A stretch of DNA of 64,000 nt from Octopus sinensis (GCF_006345805.1 NC_043013.1:4836001-4900000); one strand, 5' to 3'. Positions 49,142-63,244 are shown, counted from the first letter of the stretch. Program-made: numbers and translations. Notes: a model not told the origin generated them from the letters alone.

Positions 49142-51426
49142 TACAAGTGATTTCATGGACATTTCATTTTCCATTAAGAACACGGACTCTGATATTAACA
49201 GAATGAATTACTTGATACAGATTGTAAACTCAGTCTTTTCTCTTGCCATTCATCCTGTTGTGCTTTATCTAAACATAAAATGTTTTCCATGTATACTAAA
49301 ATTATTATCATAAAACAGTAAAAGAAAGTCATATTACAATATGGAATAGTTTCAAATTTAATGGCAATGTATTATCAGAGTAACAATAATCGGGAGATTA
49401 AAAGACTGGTCTTATGTCCACACAGTCACAAGTTCAAACATAAATACTTCATTGTGTTATACCTCTGAGCAAAGGACATGTTTTTGCTTGTTTCAGTTAA
49501 TGTGATTGATAATTGATAAACCTTCTATTAAGAGTGATTATTAAGAGGATAAACAATCACCTGTAATAATTATTGTAAGCAAAACTACCTTAGTCATTCT
49601 AGTGTAGAAAATAAGCTAAAATTTTATTACTGAAATATCTGACTTTTTGGCCAACCCAATACAAGTAATTTCATGGACATTTCATTTTCTATCAAAATCA
49701 AATTCGATGACTGGCATCCGTGCTAGTGGGGTGCAAAGAGCACCATACGAGGGTGACCGTTGACAGAGCAGCTAACCAGCTTCCGTGCCAGTGACACATA
49801 AAAGGGCACCATTTGAGTGTGATCATTACCAGCGTCACCTTACTGGTACTTGTGCCCATGCTTGTAGGGTGCCGAGAGCACCATCCGAGCGTGATCGTTG
49901 CCGGAGCAGCCAACTGGCTTCCATGCCAGTGGCACATAAAAGGGCACCATTCCATGTTAGTTATGATGTTAATAGTAAGCAGTAACTACATCTTAATGTT
50001 CTCCTTCAATTACTTTGGCTTGTGCTTGCTTATTTATCTTCCATTATTCAAATCAACATTTACAGCCAAAATGAAAATTGCTGTAACATAAGTATGGCTT
50101 CAACAACAAACAGCAAATTAGAATTGCTCTCCCTTGCTCTACCTCACTCTGTCTGCCTTCTAATCTTTACATAAGTTCAGATCTTGTGTTTTAAACATCT
50201 TGTTTTCAGATTGGAGCTGTAGTAATATTTATGTGTGTTGTTAACGCCCATTTATATTTTAGAATAGATTAGCATTCAGTTGCATGTGTTAGAGCACTCT
50301 CATTGTGAATTTTAATTTTTCTTATGTTTAGGTTGTCTTTTAGCTAAGATATTTTACTACACTCGCGGAGTGGTTGGCGTTAGGAAGGGCATCCAGCCGT
50401 AGAAACACTGCCAGATCTGACTGGGCCTGACGAAGCCTTCCAGCTTCACAGACCCCAGTTGACCCGTCCAACCCATGCTAGCATGGAAAACAGACGCTAA
50501 ACGATGATGATGATGATGATGATGATTTTACCTCTGATTATTATGTATGTGGAATACTAATTTAAATTACTAGTATTTGTGATATGGAAATTGTGGACCT
50601 ATATATGGGCAACAACAAGAACATGATCAGAAGCATAACTGGAATGGTGTACCTAGGGGTAAAATTCAAACATACCTAACCAATAAAATAGAAAAAGAAA
50701 TAAGAAAATGTGTTCCACCCAGCCAAATCAATAGAAAAAGCAATTAGTAGATTTAAAAAAAAACAAGTCATCACATCTGCTTTATTACACTCAAGTCACT
50801 AAATTTAATCAAATGACCATCCACACACATATATAAAATCTAATGTACCCACCACCTAATTCAAGTTCATATGATACAAAAAAAATTTCTTTTACATAGG
50901 CTCAATATCTTTCTTCTTGACTTCCCAAAGATTATCTGTTCTTCCCCACTCTCTTTCTCTCTGCTACTGCTCTCAAGTCAGGTTCGCATCTGACTCTTCT
51001 ATGAAGAATATATGCCTAAACTTTCTACTAATTAAGACAGTCTTGCTTAGAGACTTAATTTTATTTGTATTGTTTCCTGCCCTTTATTTGCACATATTCA
51101 GCTGATGCAGGGCCAAAAATATTTGTTGTTTTAAACAATATTTACCATCTAAACTTTGTTCTCACTAGAATTCATCACTACATATCTAAAGCACTTACTT
51201 CCAAAACAGAAACCAATTTCAGTACGTCTGACTTGCTCTACTGAAACCTTTTAGATACTACCTTCCTCAAACATGCACCAAGATCCCACACAAGATTACA
51301 ATGAGCAACAAGCAACATTGCATGAAGGCAATACAAAACCAGTTCTGAACTTCGTGACAATCCACTTCCAATAACAGCCGTATCACAAATATGAAAATTA
51401 AGTTTTATTTGCCTCTATTGGAAAAA

Positions 51427-51813
51427 GTGGAGGCACAATGGCCCAGTGGTTAGGGCAGCGGACTCGCAGTCATAGGATCGCGGTTTCGATTCCCAGACCG
51501 GGCGTTGTGAGTGTTTATTGAGCGAAAACACCTAAAGCTCCACAAGGCTCCGGCAGGGGATGGTGGTGATCCCTGCTGTACTCTTTCACCACAACTTTCT
51601 CTCACTCTTACTTCCTGTTTCTGTTGTACCTGTATTTCAAAGGGCCGGCCTTGTCACTCCCTGTGTCACGCTGAATATCCCCGAGAACTACGTTAAGGGT
51701 GCACGTGTCTGTGGAGTGCTCAGCTACTTACACGTTAATTTCATGAGCAGGCTGTTCCGTTGATCGGATCAACCGGAACCCTCATCGTCATAACCGACGG
51801 AGTGCTTCCATCC
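51427..51813 (+). mobile_element. SINE family B with 10-bp TSD
   Basis: Near-identical to 9274-9632; TSD attggaaaaa at 51417-51426 and 51814-51823. Confidence 0.88.
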
Positions 51814-52026
51814 ATTGGAAAAATAAACGTTAATGTAGTACATTAGTTGTTGCTCTGAAAATCTACTTTGTCAAAAGTTTGGAAGGAAGATCTATGTTTA
51901 CATCGATGCAAAACACGAGGATAAAGTTGAAAAATTTACTTTAAAATATGGAACCATGCTTACTGGAAGTCTCTTGTTGGATGTGTCCAAATTTGCTCAC
52001 ATATTTTTTTTTATTTTTCCTAACAG

Positions 52027-52147
52027 GCTTCTCATGTCAATACCATATGCAGGTCTTGTTTATATGGCAAATCATGTTCAGACAGAACCCGGAGTTTTCC
52101 CCGCATACTTTTACTTGATTACCATAACCTTTTATGCCTTACATCAG
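52027..52147 (+). CDS. SLC33A1: SLC33A1 coding exon 5 (121 nt)
   Basis: CAG|RLLMSIPYAGLVYM...FYALHQ|GTACGT. Confidence 0.94.
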
Positions 52148-52924
52148 GTACGTTTTGTAGAAAATTTTTTAATTAATTTTAATGATAGTTTTATGACTTT
52201 CACAGATGTTATTTAGATTTATTTAATTCATTTACATGATTTACTCACAAATACAGTTTCCTAATTCATAAATGTATATATGCGCACAGGTATGCATATA
52301 TACATATGTATATATGGATTGTATGTGTATACATGTATGTGTGACAGGTACAAGTATGGTTATGTAGATATGTAATTGATATTGTTGCTATGTTGTCTTC
52401 AGTTCTAGCTTACTGCATGACACTTTAGTCAAGTGCCTTATATATAAATAAACACATACGCACACATATGTGGGCAGACGGGTGCAAAAGAAGGGGGAGA
52501 AAATAGTACTCAAATACCAAAGGTAGAGAAAATAGTATTGTATTTTATTGAAGCTAAAAAGACTTCAAGAACTGTAACTCAGAGTTTCACAGAATGTTAT
52601 GGAATATTTGTAGATCATCAGTTCATCTTCCTTTCTTTTTTTCTTTTCTCTCTCTAACTAAGCCTCTAAAAATTCACCACACACATACACATACTTACAC
52701 ACACACATACATACACATATAGATTCAAAATAACCAAGAACATCTCAACCTCTCCCAAAACATCCTCTTCCCATAATCCAAGAAAACAAATTCAACTCCG
52801 GATTTTTGTCAATTAACTCACATAATGTCTCATTTGGGACACCACAGTCTGTGACTCTTTTGCTCCTTCCCACATCCTGATGGCTGTGATTAATGGGAGA
52901 CTCACTGCTTCTAAAGCTGAATGA

Positions 52925-53110
52925 AACAAAACCTTGAAGTATTGAGACCTGTGGCATTTAAGATATTTGGAGGGACTGGGACACTAACAGCAAAGTTCTT
53001 GTCATTGTTGGCAGTTCACTTCATCCAGGTGTCAGGTGATGCCCGTGAGGGTGCTTGGTTCTTTTCAATGCCTTAGCTTTACCATCGCTCATGGTAATGT
53101 CATGAGCATG
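52925..53110 (+). mobile_element. CRE-like non-LTR retroelement C-terminal relic
   Basis: PVAFKIFGG..SGDAREGAWFFQ..SFTIAHGN resembles the TGDPRE..FQRLS.A.QRGN terminus. Confidence 0.55.
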
Positions 53111-53772
53111 CTAGCTTGCTTCAGTAGGTTCTGTTGAACTTTGTGGTGTGTGACCAATTGAAGTACTTGATGCTATATTGATGAGTTTCTCCTTTCTCCC
53201 TTTCTTTGTTTTTTTTTTCTTTGGAAATTGTAATTAAGACACCCGTACCGGTGACACGTAACAAGCACCGTCCAAACGTGGCAGATACTAGCGCCACCTG
53301 ACAGGCGTCCGTGTCGGTGACACAGAAAAGCACCAACCGATCGTGGCCGTTTGCCAGCCTGCTCTGGCACCTGTGCCAGTGGCACGTAAAAAGCACCCAC
53401 TACACTTATGGAGTGGTTGGCATTAGGAAGGGCATCCAGGTGTAGAAACACTGCCAGATCAGACTGGAGCCTGGTGCAGCCTCCATGGGTTACCAGACCC
53501 TGGTCGAACCGTCCAACCCATGCTAGCATGGAAAACGGACATTAAATGGTGATGATGATGATGATGTTATTCTTTTGTTAAATATATTCCTCTTCATATT
53601 TTGAATAAAAAATACTGTATAAAATGTATGAATTTTCTACATTAATGTTATTTATTGAACATTTTTCATACTTTCATAAGGATGTTCCTCCTTTTGTCTT
53701 TCCTTTGTATGCCAATATTATTCATTGTTTCCCTGAATACTATTATTAACATTAGAATATATTTTTATTCAG

Positions 53773-53881
53773 GTAACACTGTATTGTATGTTTGTGTCTG
53801 GAATGGCTATGTCAGCCAAAGTGAGTGATCCTGCGATTGGTGGTTCTTACATGACTTTGTTAAATACTGTTAATAACTTGG
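53773..53881 (+). CDS. SLC33A1: SLC33A1 coding exon 6 (109 nt)
   Basis: CAG|VTLYCMFVSGMAMSAKVSDPAIGGSYMTLLNTVNNL|GTAAGT. Confidence 0.96.
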
Positions 53882-54629
53882 GTAAGTGTTTTGCTAATTA
53901 CAGTATAACTCTTGTAAACTCAGTTGAATCAGTAATTTGATGGAATTAAGGGATAAGATGATGGTATGGAATTAAGGGATAAGATGATGGTAAATGTTTT
54001 GTTGTAATTGAAATTAACCAAAGTACAAGAGTAACCAACATACCATCTTTTCTTTATTTCGTTATGCTACTAGTATTCAAATTATAAAATATCAGTGCTA
54101 TACTGAGTTGAGGTTCGGTTGCTATGATTACCTTTACCTACCTATATTATACTAAATACAAATTTTTATGTTGTAGAATAAATATTTTTGTGTATGTTAG
54201 TTTTCTTAAATGTTTTGTTATATTTAATATGTTTCTTTTCCTGTTATTTAAATATAAAGTTAAATAAAATAAATACTTAATAAAATAAAATAACGAAGAT
54301 GTACTTGCATAGCAAGTGACTTGATCTGAGATCGTGTGCTGGAACGAAAACAATTGCAGTGTGGAAGGTGTTTATAAGCCATTTCAGAAACACACAAAAA
54401 CCGTTAGATTCACTTCAACATTTAAATTTAATTTGTCAAAATATTTTCATCGCTTTGAGACCGTGACCTGTTCGCTGACAAAGCTTCGTGCTGCATCTCT
54501 TGTTAAAATTAAATAAATCCTAAATATAAAGTATTGGAGTATATTTATTAAAAAATAGATATTGAAAAATAATTTGTAATAAAATATTGAAGTACTTCTG
54601 GCATGTTGTTTTTTAATTTTTCTGTTTAG

Positions 54630-54733
54630 GTGGCAATTGGCCAGCTACAATTTCTTTATGGTTAGTTGAGAGTCTGACAATCAAGGCTTGTTCTTCAGAT
54701 AATAGTTCTTGTTCTGATGCAGTAAATGCTGAG
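54630..54733 (+). CDS. SLC33A1: SLC33A1 coding exon 7 (104 nt)
   Basis: TAG|GGNWPATISLWLVESLTIKAC...AE|GTAAGG. Confidence 0.96.
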
Positions 54734-56472
54734 GTAAGGAAGTTCTTTTAATTGTTTCTTAAATATTCTTAGATCTAATCATTGCTATCACCAATAAAAA
54801 TGTCTGCATCTGTGACAAAGATTTTCAGTTATAGAAAAAAAATTATTTATTCTGATTCGTTAAGGCTAATGATGATTTTCATTTTCAAATACATAATTTT
54901 AGAGACAATAGAATATTAGTATCTATAAATGGAATTTTAACTCTATAGGTGCAGGTGTGGCTTGTAGTAAAAAGTTTGCTTCCCAATCACATTGCTCTGG
55001 GTTCCATTCCACTGTGTGACACCTGAGGCAAATGTTTTCCACATCCCCTGGCCAACCAAAACTTTGTGAATGGATTTAGTAGACGTCTCTCAGTATGTTA
55101 CACTCTCTTTATGCTGACATTCTTTGAATCATAAGCATTCATTGGGCTGGTGTTTATCTCCAGATTCCATACTGTTTAAGAGATGAGAAATAAACCTCTA
55201 CGTGTGTAGGATGTTTGTTTATTATAAGTTAGCTTTCCTGGGGAAGGAACTGAACTCTGCACCAGAAGCTAGAATATCCATCAATTCAGACTGATGAGAA
55301 TTGTGTGTGAAGTTGGAACTTCTGTGTGTTAATGTTTGTTGAGTAAAGCAAATCAGGGATAATGTTCCAAAGAGTTACCGTTTTAAGGAGGCAGGATTTG
55401 GAAAACTCTTTACCGAATGTGAAGGAGGGGTACTGTGAAGAGACGACAAAAGAAAAATAAGGGGATGCATCAGCAGAATATAGAGAAAGAGAACATACAG
55501 CAAGCATAATCTGAGAGTGAAGATTTATCTTGGAGTGTATTGGTATATTCTCAGACATTGTATAGCTATGTGAGTGGGTTCATTAGTGCTTTGTAGATGT
55601 CTGCAACTGTTCACAGCTGAAAAATATTCAGACTTTGGAGAAAGATTTATCAGAGATTGCAAAACCTGATATTTGTGAAGTCTGAGATTTTACTTGTGCT
55701 GTTCAGGAATTGGGAAGAGACTGTATTTTGTTGTGACTAGGTTGTTATGTCTTTATTGGAGGAAATTTTCAAAATCAACTGAAATACTATGATTCATGTA
55801 ACCAGATCTTGGCAGTTTTTTCTAAAACTGCCATGACCATTTAGAACCAGAACAAACATATTTTAAATATATTTGTTTAAATAAGATGTGTTTACCATCC
55901 GTTCATGGCCGTTGCCAGCCTCGCCTGGCCCCTGTGCCGGTGACACATAAAAAGCACCATCCGATCGTGGCCGTTTGCCTGACTTGTCTGGCACTTGTGC
56001 TGGTGGCATGTAAAAAGCACCCACTACACTCATGGGGTGGTTGGCGTTAGGAAGGGCATCCAGCCGTAGAAACATTGCCAGATCAAACTGGGCCTGGTGC
56101 AGCCTTCTGGCTTCCCAGACCCCAGTTGAACCGTCCAACCCATGCTAGCATGGAAAGCGGACGCTAAACGATGATGATGATGATTTCTTGACAGTTTTGA
56201 TTCTTATTTAATCTACCGTTTATTAATAGTTCTAAATTATTTCCAGTTACAAAAAGAGTTCCTGTGAACACTAGCTGGCATGATATTGGTAGATTTGGAC
56301 ATTACTAAAAAAACCAGTTATATTTTTAATAAAACTAGTATAAATTATATTTTGAAATTTAAAACATACTTATATGCTTTTATATGTGAAATTAATAAAT
56401 TTCTTTGTTGTTTGTATTCATTATATTGTATTATATATTAAATGATTTTTTTCCATCTTCTTATCTTTTTAG

Positions 56473-56637
56473 ATTTGCACTGAAAAAGGTGGAACATGTT
56501 TAACTAAAATTGATGGATATTACATAGAAATTGCGTTTTGTTTAGTCGTTGGTTTCATCTGGTATTTTAACAGAAGGTCTACCATTAACCGATTACAGAA
56601 CCTTAAAGCAGACCACTGGAAAGTGCCAAGACAATGA
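56473..56637 (+). CDS. SLC33A1: SLC33A1 terminal coding exon
   Basis: TAG|ICTEKGGTCLTKIDGYYIE...WKVPRQ*; coding exons sum to 1566 nt = 521 aa plus stop. AATAAA at 56702-56707. Confidence 0.95.
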   Translation: MCTEKGGTCLTKIDGYYIEIAFCLVVGFIWYFNRRSTINRLQNLKADHWKVPRQ

Positions 56638-57088
56638 CATTCTTGCAGCTGGCATAATATTTAGTGTTTATTATCAACAAATGTTAATAGTTCAAAAGAA
56701 TAATAAACATTTTAATTTGAAAATATTTTTGAAGGCTGTAAATTCAATCTTTTTTTTCTTTCTTTCTTTCCTTTTCCATTTCCACAGGTCTTGTACTGTC
56801 GTGTTATTTTTAGATAATAGTGTAAATCCTAGGACTTACCTTGTTGCAAAATGCCTCTTTGGAACCTCTGAAGACAAATTTTTTAGCAGTGTGAGGACAG
56901 TTAATAACAACAGTGATCTCTCAGTGATGGGTGGTATTTGTGTACTACCAACCAAGAAGCCAAGCTTACTACTGACCCCTGACCCAACTTTTCATCTTTG
57001 ACCTCCTCAAGCGATCAGGACTTAATTTGGTTGAAACTCATGCAAACCCAAATCATCAGCTCCTGAATATGTGTCTATGTTTGTACAC

Positions 57089-57090
57089 AT

Positions 57091-57151
<61 letters not shown>
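57089..57151. repeat. (CAT)n tract of about 20 units (expanded RTE tail)
   Basis: Direct reading. Confidence 0.9.
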
Positions 57152-57152
<1 letters not shown>

Positions 57153-57931
57153 TTAGCGTCCATTTTCCGTGCTGTCATGGGTTGGGCAGCTTGACAGGAA
57201 CTGGCAAAGCCAGAGGCTGCACCAGGTTTCTACAGTTGGGTGCCCTTCCTAATGCCTATTTCTTTATTACCCACAAGGGGCTAAACTTAGAGGGGACAAA
57301 CAAGGACAGACATAGGTATTAAGTCGATTACATCGACCCCAGTGCATAACTGGTACTTAATTTATCGACCCGGAAAGGATCAAAGGCAAAATCGACCTCG
57401 GCTGAATTTGAACTCACAACGTAACGGCAGACGAAATACGGATGCGCATTTCGCCCGGCATGCTATCGTTTCTGCCAGCCACTTTACAGAGTGAACTAGG
57501 TGCTTTTTATGTGGCATCAGCACCCACACCAATGCTTTTTATGTGGCACCTTGGTTTTAGGGTCTCAATTCTGTTGTCGTGGGTGGGTCTTCTTGAATAC
57601 AGCAATGTGCCACATGTCTCAGTCCTCAGTCATCTCCTTCATAAGGTTCAGCATTTTGAGATCGGCATTCAGTAGGAAGTATTGAAGTCTAATCTCAAAA
57701 CACTGAAGATGTATATAGACCAAATATGCGGCTGGTATTAAGCTCCATCCAGACAAGGTTGATGAGACAGTGGGGTAGACAGACTCATAAAAGTGAAGAG
57801 ACAGACATGGGAAGACTAGAAGAATGAGAGCAGCAGAGAATTATATCTGACTAGCAGTAATACCTGTCATTAATTGGGTAATTACTTTAATTCTTTCTCG
57901 GGAGCCACATTCACAGTGTTATATATATAGA

Positions 57932-58375
57932 CTAGCAGTATTGCCCGGCTTTGCAAAATGGTCATATTTAATTCAAAGCGTTAAAAATGTTATGAAAACA
58001 ATTGGTATGTGTTCACAAAGTCCAAACGATTAATACGAAAAAACCCTCCAGGCTACATTCCGAAAATTCATTTCTTTGCCGCATTTCTACAATGTTTACA
58101 GTGATTCATTTTTATATCTTGATTTTTTTATTTTTCATGCAATTTACGCATGACTGAGTAAAGTTCACTATTCAATGCATGGGATAAGGCCTAAACAAAC
58201 ACATCGATTTTTGCACTTGCAAGATGTATTTCGGAACAGAAATAGCGCAGTTCAATTTTCATTCGCCTAAACTTTAAGTGACCCATTTTTGGTGGTTCTA
58301 CGATTTGTTGGCTAGGAGGAGATGTGCCGGGAAGTTAAACACACAAACACACAAGTTGAGTTTTATATATAGAGA
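57932..58375 (-). mobile_element. Non-autonomous Helitron-type element
   Basis: Same terminus as 2956 (actagcagtattgcccggc) and a TC(TA)n 5' end. Confidence 0.6.
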
Positions 58376-58791
58376 TTTACTCCCTCTCTATGTGAGTATT
58401 TTATAAGAAAAAAAAATGTAATAATTTAAGTAGAAAAAAGATTAATTTCATGCATGAACTTCTGTTTGTTTATTATATGACAATAATAAGTGAGTTGTAT
58501 GTGTATCAATACAGTCATGACAATTATATAATACACTAAGCTTTGATTGGCCTGAAACTGTAATGAAAGAGAATTGCCCAATGTGTCACACAGTGGGACT
58601 GAACCCAAGACGACATGGCTGGAAAGCCAGCTTCTCGATCACACAGTCATGCCTATAAAGGAGAGATACATTTTGGATAATATACTTCTTGATATAATAT
58701 GCTTTACAAAAAAATGAGATGTTTACGGTGAGAAGACCTTTGATTTTAATATTTACTCAAGCAACACAACAACTAAAAATGCTACATCATA

Positions 58792-59277
58792 CAGGGTGTT
58801 CCAGAATTAAACTCTCTGCTTCAATGAAATTGAGCAATTTTTTAAAAAACTGACAGAATTTTATGTTTATTACCAAAACAAATAGATTTATAAATCTTAC
58901 GTCAAACTTTTATTGAAAATTTTCAACATGTTTGTATCCCTGCATACTTCAAATCTCTCCTTAGCATTGTGAAACACATTTGGAAGCATTTAAGGAGTTC
59001 GCTCCTTCACTGCTGACTGAATGTGTTCTTTAAGCTCAGCTAAAGGATTGCTCCATCTTGGGAATGGAGGTTAAGAAAATGGTTGCTGCCAAATTGAAAA
59101 AAAAGTTGTCATTGGACAAATAAGAAGGGTCTAACAGAAATGAAAATAAAATTATAAACACAATTCAAAATTTATATACTTTTAACACATATTGAACATT
59201 ATAAGCATAAATAAAAGTGATATTTTAAAAAATGCATCCAATTTCACTCAAATCATCATTAATCCTGGGACACCCTG
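58792..59277 (-). mobile_element. Internally deleted Tc1/mariner element
   Basis: TA|CAGGGTGTTCCAGAATTAA ... TTAATCCTGGGACACCCTG|TA TIRs; residual C-terminal LAELKEHIQSAV coding on the minus strand. Confidence 0.8.
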
Positions 59278-60299
59278 TATTTACTCGTCTGACTAAACGA
59301 GGGAGAGAACACAGGGGTTGAGGGCTAATTGCAAGTGGCGAGCATAGCTTCCAGAAGTGGTCACACAGTCGAACTCAAATGTCTGTGAGTCACAACAGTG
59401 GTTTGTATTTTGTATGAACATTTTGCATTATATAGTTCAGACATGGATGACATACAAAGCAGACATGCTGCCAGGCCATGCTGTGTTGCACATGATTGGA
59501 AACATGATACATAAACAGGGCACTTCTGGATGAATGAGTTTGTTGTGCCTTTACCCAGCCACACACACGCATATGGCCCAGTGGTGCACGAGATGGTAAC
59601 ATGAAGCATCAACAGGGCGCCAACAAAGATTTTAATGTTCTTCTCATTTTCTCTGCCAAACTGGACAAAAAGGTTTTCATGAAATATTATATGCTACTTA
59701 TAATGCTTAAGTAGTGTCAATATTTTATCATCAGAAAATGGCCTAAAACAAAGGTAAAACCAAGCGCAGTTTACTCACATCTGATTAATCTGCATTTTGG
59801 TGGGGCCCATAATTGGTGTGGGAAACTTTTTTTAGTCAACAGCAATTCGAGGAGCCTGGTTAATGTTTGTTGCAAATTTGGAGGAAAGCAACTGGATACT
59901 CTTTAATTTATGGGCCTTAACACTGCGAAAATGCTTTAAAAATGTGGTTTATCTGCCCCTATGCCCACATTAGGCAAGAAGATGAAAATCTTTTCGGCCT
60001 ATGACATTTCGTGGACCCTATGTAATGCATGTGTAACATTTCATTAAAATTGGTGGGGTGGATCTCAAGTTTTAACAACATGACAAACACACAGACAGAC
60101 ACACATCCTGTGTTTTATATATATAGATAGCAAGAAGACAAGATATGTGATAGGTTTCCTTAGCAAATAGAAAGTAAGAGGTTTGTCAATGTTTTACAAG
60201 ATGAAAATCTGAAGCATGAGATGCTCCAGATTACAAGACTGTATCAGAAGGAATCAAGATGTGAGTGCAAAGGATGATGGGATTCTTGAACTTAGTACT

Positions 60300-61700
60300 A
60301 CTATGAAAGGCTATGTAAAGAATGTGTGGTAGAAAAAGGGTTTTCCCAATGTGGATCCAACAGAGGAACCAGCTATACTATTCTTTTCTACTCTAGGCAC
60401 AAGCCCTGAAATTTGGGGGGTGCGGGCAGTCAATCAGATTGACCCCAGTATGCTACTGTACTTAATTTATTGAATCCCAAAAGAATGAAAGACAAAATCA
60501 ACCCCAGCAGAAGAATCAGCTCTACTATTGACAGTAGTATGACAGATAAAGCAACTAAGGACATAAAGGCTAGAAAAGCCCCTGAACCATAGGGAGTTGC
60601 CACTGAGATGCTGAAATTATCTGGCAGAGTGGGATACAGTGTAGTTACCCATGAAGTCAGTTGGGTTGCACAAAAGGGTTTCATATCCAATAACTGATAT
60701 AGCAACATCAGAGACAACAGTTACAAGGAGATATTATAGAGAAAGGAAATTACGGAAGTGTTGAATTGCTGGACCAAGTCATGAAAAGTTATGGAGAGGG
60801 TTAGGGTTCACAGTTAGAGAGAGAGAGAGAGAGTGAAACTAGATGAGATGTAGTTTTGTTTTTGTGCTAGGGAAGTACTATGAATGCTCTCTTCCAAGTA
60901 CATAAGAATACTTAGCATTCACCAACTTAACTTAGAGAAATCCTTTCAGAAAAGCCTTTGCTGAGTCATCTGGTGGTCACAGGGGAAGCTAAGGGTAGAC
61001 ATGGCTTGAGAGTACCTTAAAAGCCTTGTACAGAGATGCAGTCAGGTGAGAGTTAACAATGAGCACAGTGAGGTGTTTGGTTAGAAAGTAGGGGCTGGCC
61101 AGGGCTTAGTTTGCAGTCACCTTCTATTTATCATAGTCCTCCAGGCTTAACAGAAGGGTGTGAGACTGGTTGGTGTGGTGTTGGCAGTCGGTGTTATGGG
61201 ACATGATGAGCTTCTGGTGTCGGTGGAAAGGATGACAGATGAGGTGGGTGGAAGTAGGGCTTGCAGGGGCCGGTGGAAGACTGGAGGGCGCATGTGTGGG
61301 GGGAAGCAGTCAAGCGGGACGCACGTGTGGTAATCGAGGAAGCGGGAAGTTCGAGCATAGACGAGGAAGTGACAGAACGTGCCGAATTTGTAAGAGACCT
61401 CTGATCTTCGCCGAGGTAAGACCTGTTTGTATTTCTTTCTGTTGTCCTCTTCATCCATCACACTACAGTTGGCAGTGAGAACTCCTTTATGCTGATTACC
61501 TCATTATTGTAGCTGAATCTGTAGTAGAATTAGAAAAATTCCAGATGTGGAAGCAAAACCTGGAATAAGAAGCCTCAAAGTTAACATAGCAAACAGTAAG
61601 TAGGAAAACAGATAGATCTCTGCTTCCATAAAAGAATTGGTCCTACTCAATATGTAGCAAAAAGTAGGTAGAAATTCCCTACCGTGTACCCAATGCAAAC
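60300..61700 (+). mobile_element. Old RTE RT relic interrupted by a SINE and a solo LTR
   Basis: VDPTEEPAI, RKAPEP, LFIIVLQA and ELLYAD remnants colinear with the 29375 ORF. Confidence 0.75.
61174..61467. mobile_element. Solo LTR with 5-bp TSD
   Basis: GTTGG|TGTGGTG...CACTACA|GTTGG; removing it restores the RTE TEE..TG.. ELLYAD junction. Confidence 0.85.
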
Positions 61701-62421
61701 TAAGAACACATAATCATGGGTAAGTTAACAGAGAAAGTAGACTTTTTACGTGGCAAGCGCTTAACAGCAACAAGTACCAAGGGCACACAGCAAATAGACT
61801 TTCTCAAACTTGCCTACCCATGCATCATCTCCTCTCTCATCCTTCCCCTATCTACTGTGTTGTTAAGGTGGCGAGCTGGCAGAAACGTTAGCTCAAATAC
61901 ACACACACACAACAGGCTTCTTTCAGTTTCCGTCTACCAAATCCACTCACAAGGGTTTGGTCGTCCCGGGGCTATCGTAGAAGACACTTGCCCAAGGTGC
62001 CACGCAGCAGGACCGAACCCGCAGCCATGTGGTTGGGAAGCATATTTCTCACCACACAGCCACGCCTACACCCACATTTCAAAGTTACATCCACAGACTC
62101 CGTTAACATGCTTCAGTCATAAGTTTGTCAATATTGACGAGAAAAGGTTAATCAATACGATAGTGACGGGTATTCTATTTTATTTGACGCTAAAGGGTTA
62201 AAACGCGAAGTTAGCTTACATGGGATTTGAACTCAGACCGTAAACAACGCAAAATATTTTGTCTGGCACTCTGTCGATTCTACCGCCCCCCCCCACCAGT
62301 GAACCGTATAAATTAACAACGTCTCCTAAAGAATGGAGCAATTAGGATAGCATCTGTGACAGTTACCTCCCTTATCTTCTTTGCACGTGTTGCAAAACTT
62401 TGTTGAAAAACTTTGCTGAAG

Positions 62422-62461
62422 ATGGCAACTTTACCATACACGGCTGCAAGATGCGAACGAG
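62422..62461 (+). CDS. Candidate first coding exon of an unidentified downstream gene (MATLPYTAARCER)
   Basis: AAGATGGC (YY1/Kozak-like) start and a GAG|GTAATA donor in a CpG-enriched region; no homology recognised. Confidence 0.2.
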
Positions 62462-62893
62462 GTAATAATAAAAAAATATTACTCCACTTCTATCTATCTC
62501 TACATACAGAAACACACACACATACATACTCATGTATTGAGGTATTTTCGCTTTTACAGCCTTTAATTCAAAATAGCCTGTTTTTACTGGTGTGTATAAG
62601 TACACATTAGTGCCCCCCGCGGCATAAGGTTTAGATATATATATATGTATATATAAAATAAAATGCACAATGCAAGACAAGCGTAAATGTAACTATACAT
62701 ACATACTTATATGTATGAACAAACCCACATAAATAATCGGGTATAACAGCCGTATGTAGTTTACTGCAGACAATCTTTCCATATCAACCAGTGCAAATTA
62801 TAGCGCTAAAACTCGATAGTGGGAAGGGAGGTGAGACATATTTGTCATGTTGCCGGCCTTTGAATTTCTGTCCTATATATTTACGTCTGTATA

Positions 62894-62934
<41 letters not shown>

Positions 62935-63244
62935 CTATATAGTTGTTGGTTAGTTTCTTTAAAGCTGGGGGTTTCGCTATGTTTTTCTCACTTTCAGTGA
63001 TTGCATTTTAATAAGAACCTTAGCCGTGTTTATTGTTTTCATTTATTTTTGTTAGGCAAAAACGTTAATATAACGCTAGTTTGTTCGGTGTTTTTATTCT
63101 TTCATTATGCGTCGACTTATTTCTCGCGTGGCGAAATTCCCGCCACCAATTACTGTGTGTGTTCACCTTAAAAATCAATAAACGAGGCACCGAGACCACT
63201 GTTCGCTCCTAGTACCGTTCTTAAAGTCGCCTACAACAAATTTA

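Noticed and set aside
52561-52631. Minus-strand CTGATGA...GAAACTCTGAGTT hammerhead-like order
   Set aside because: Helix II and helix I cannot be paired convincingly; at most a heavily decayed relic.
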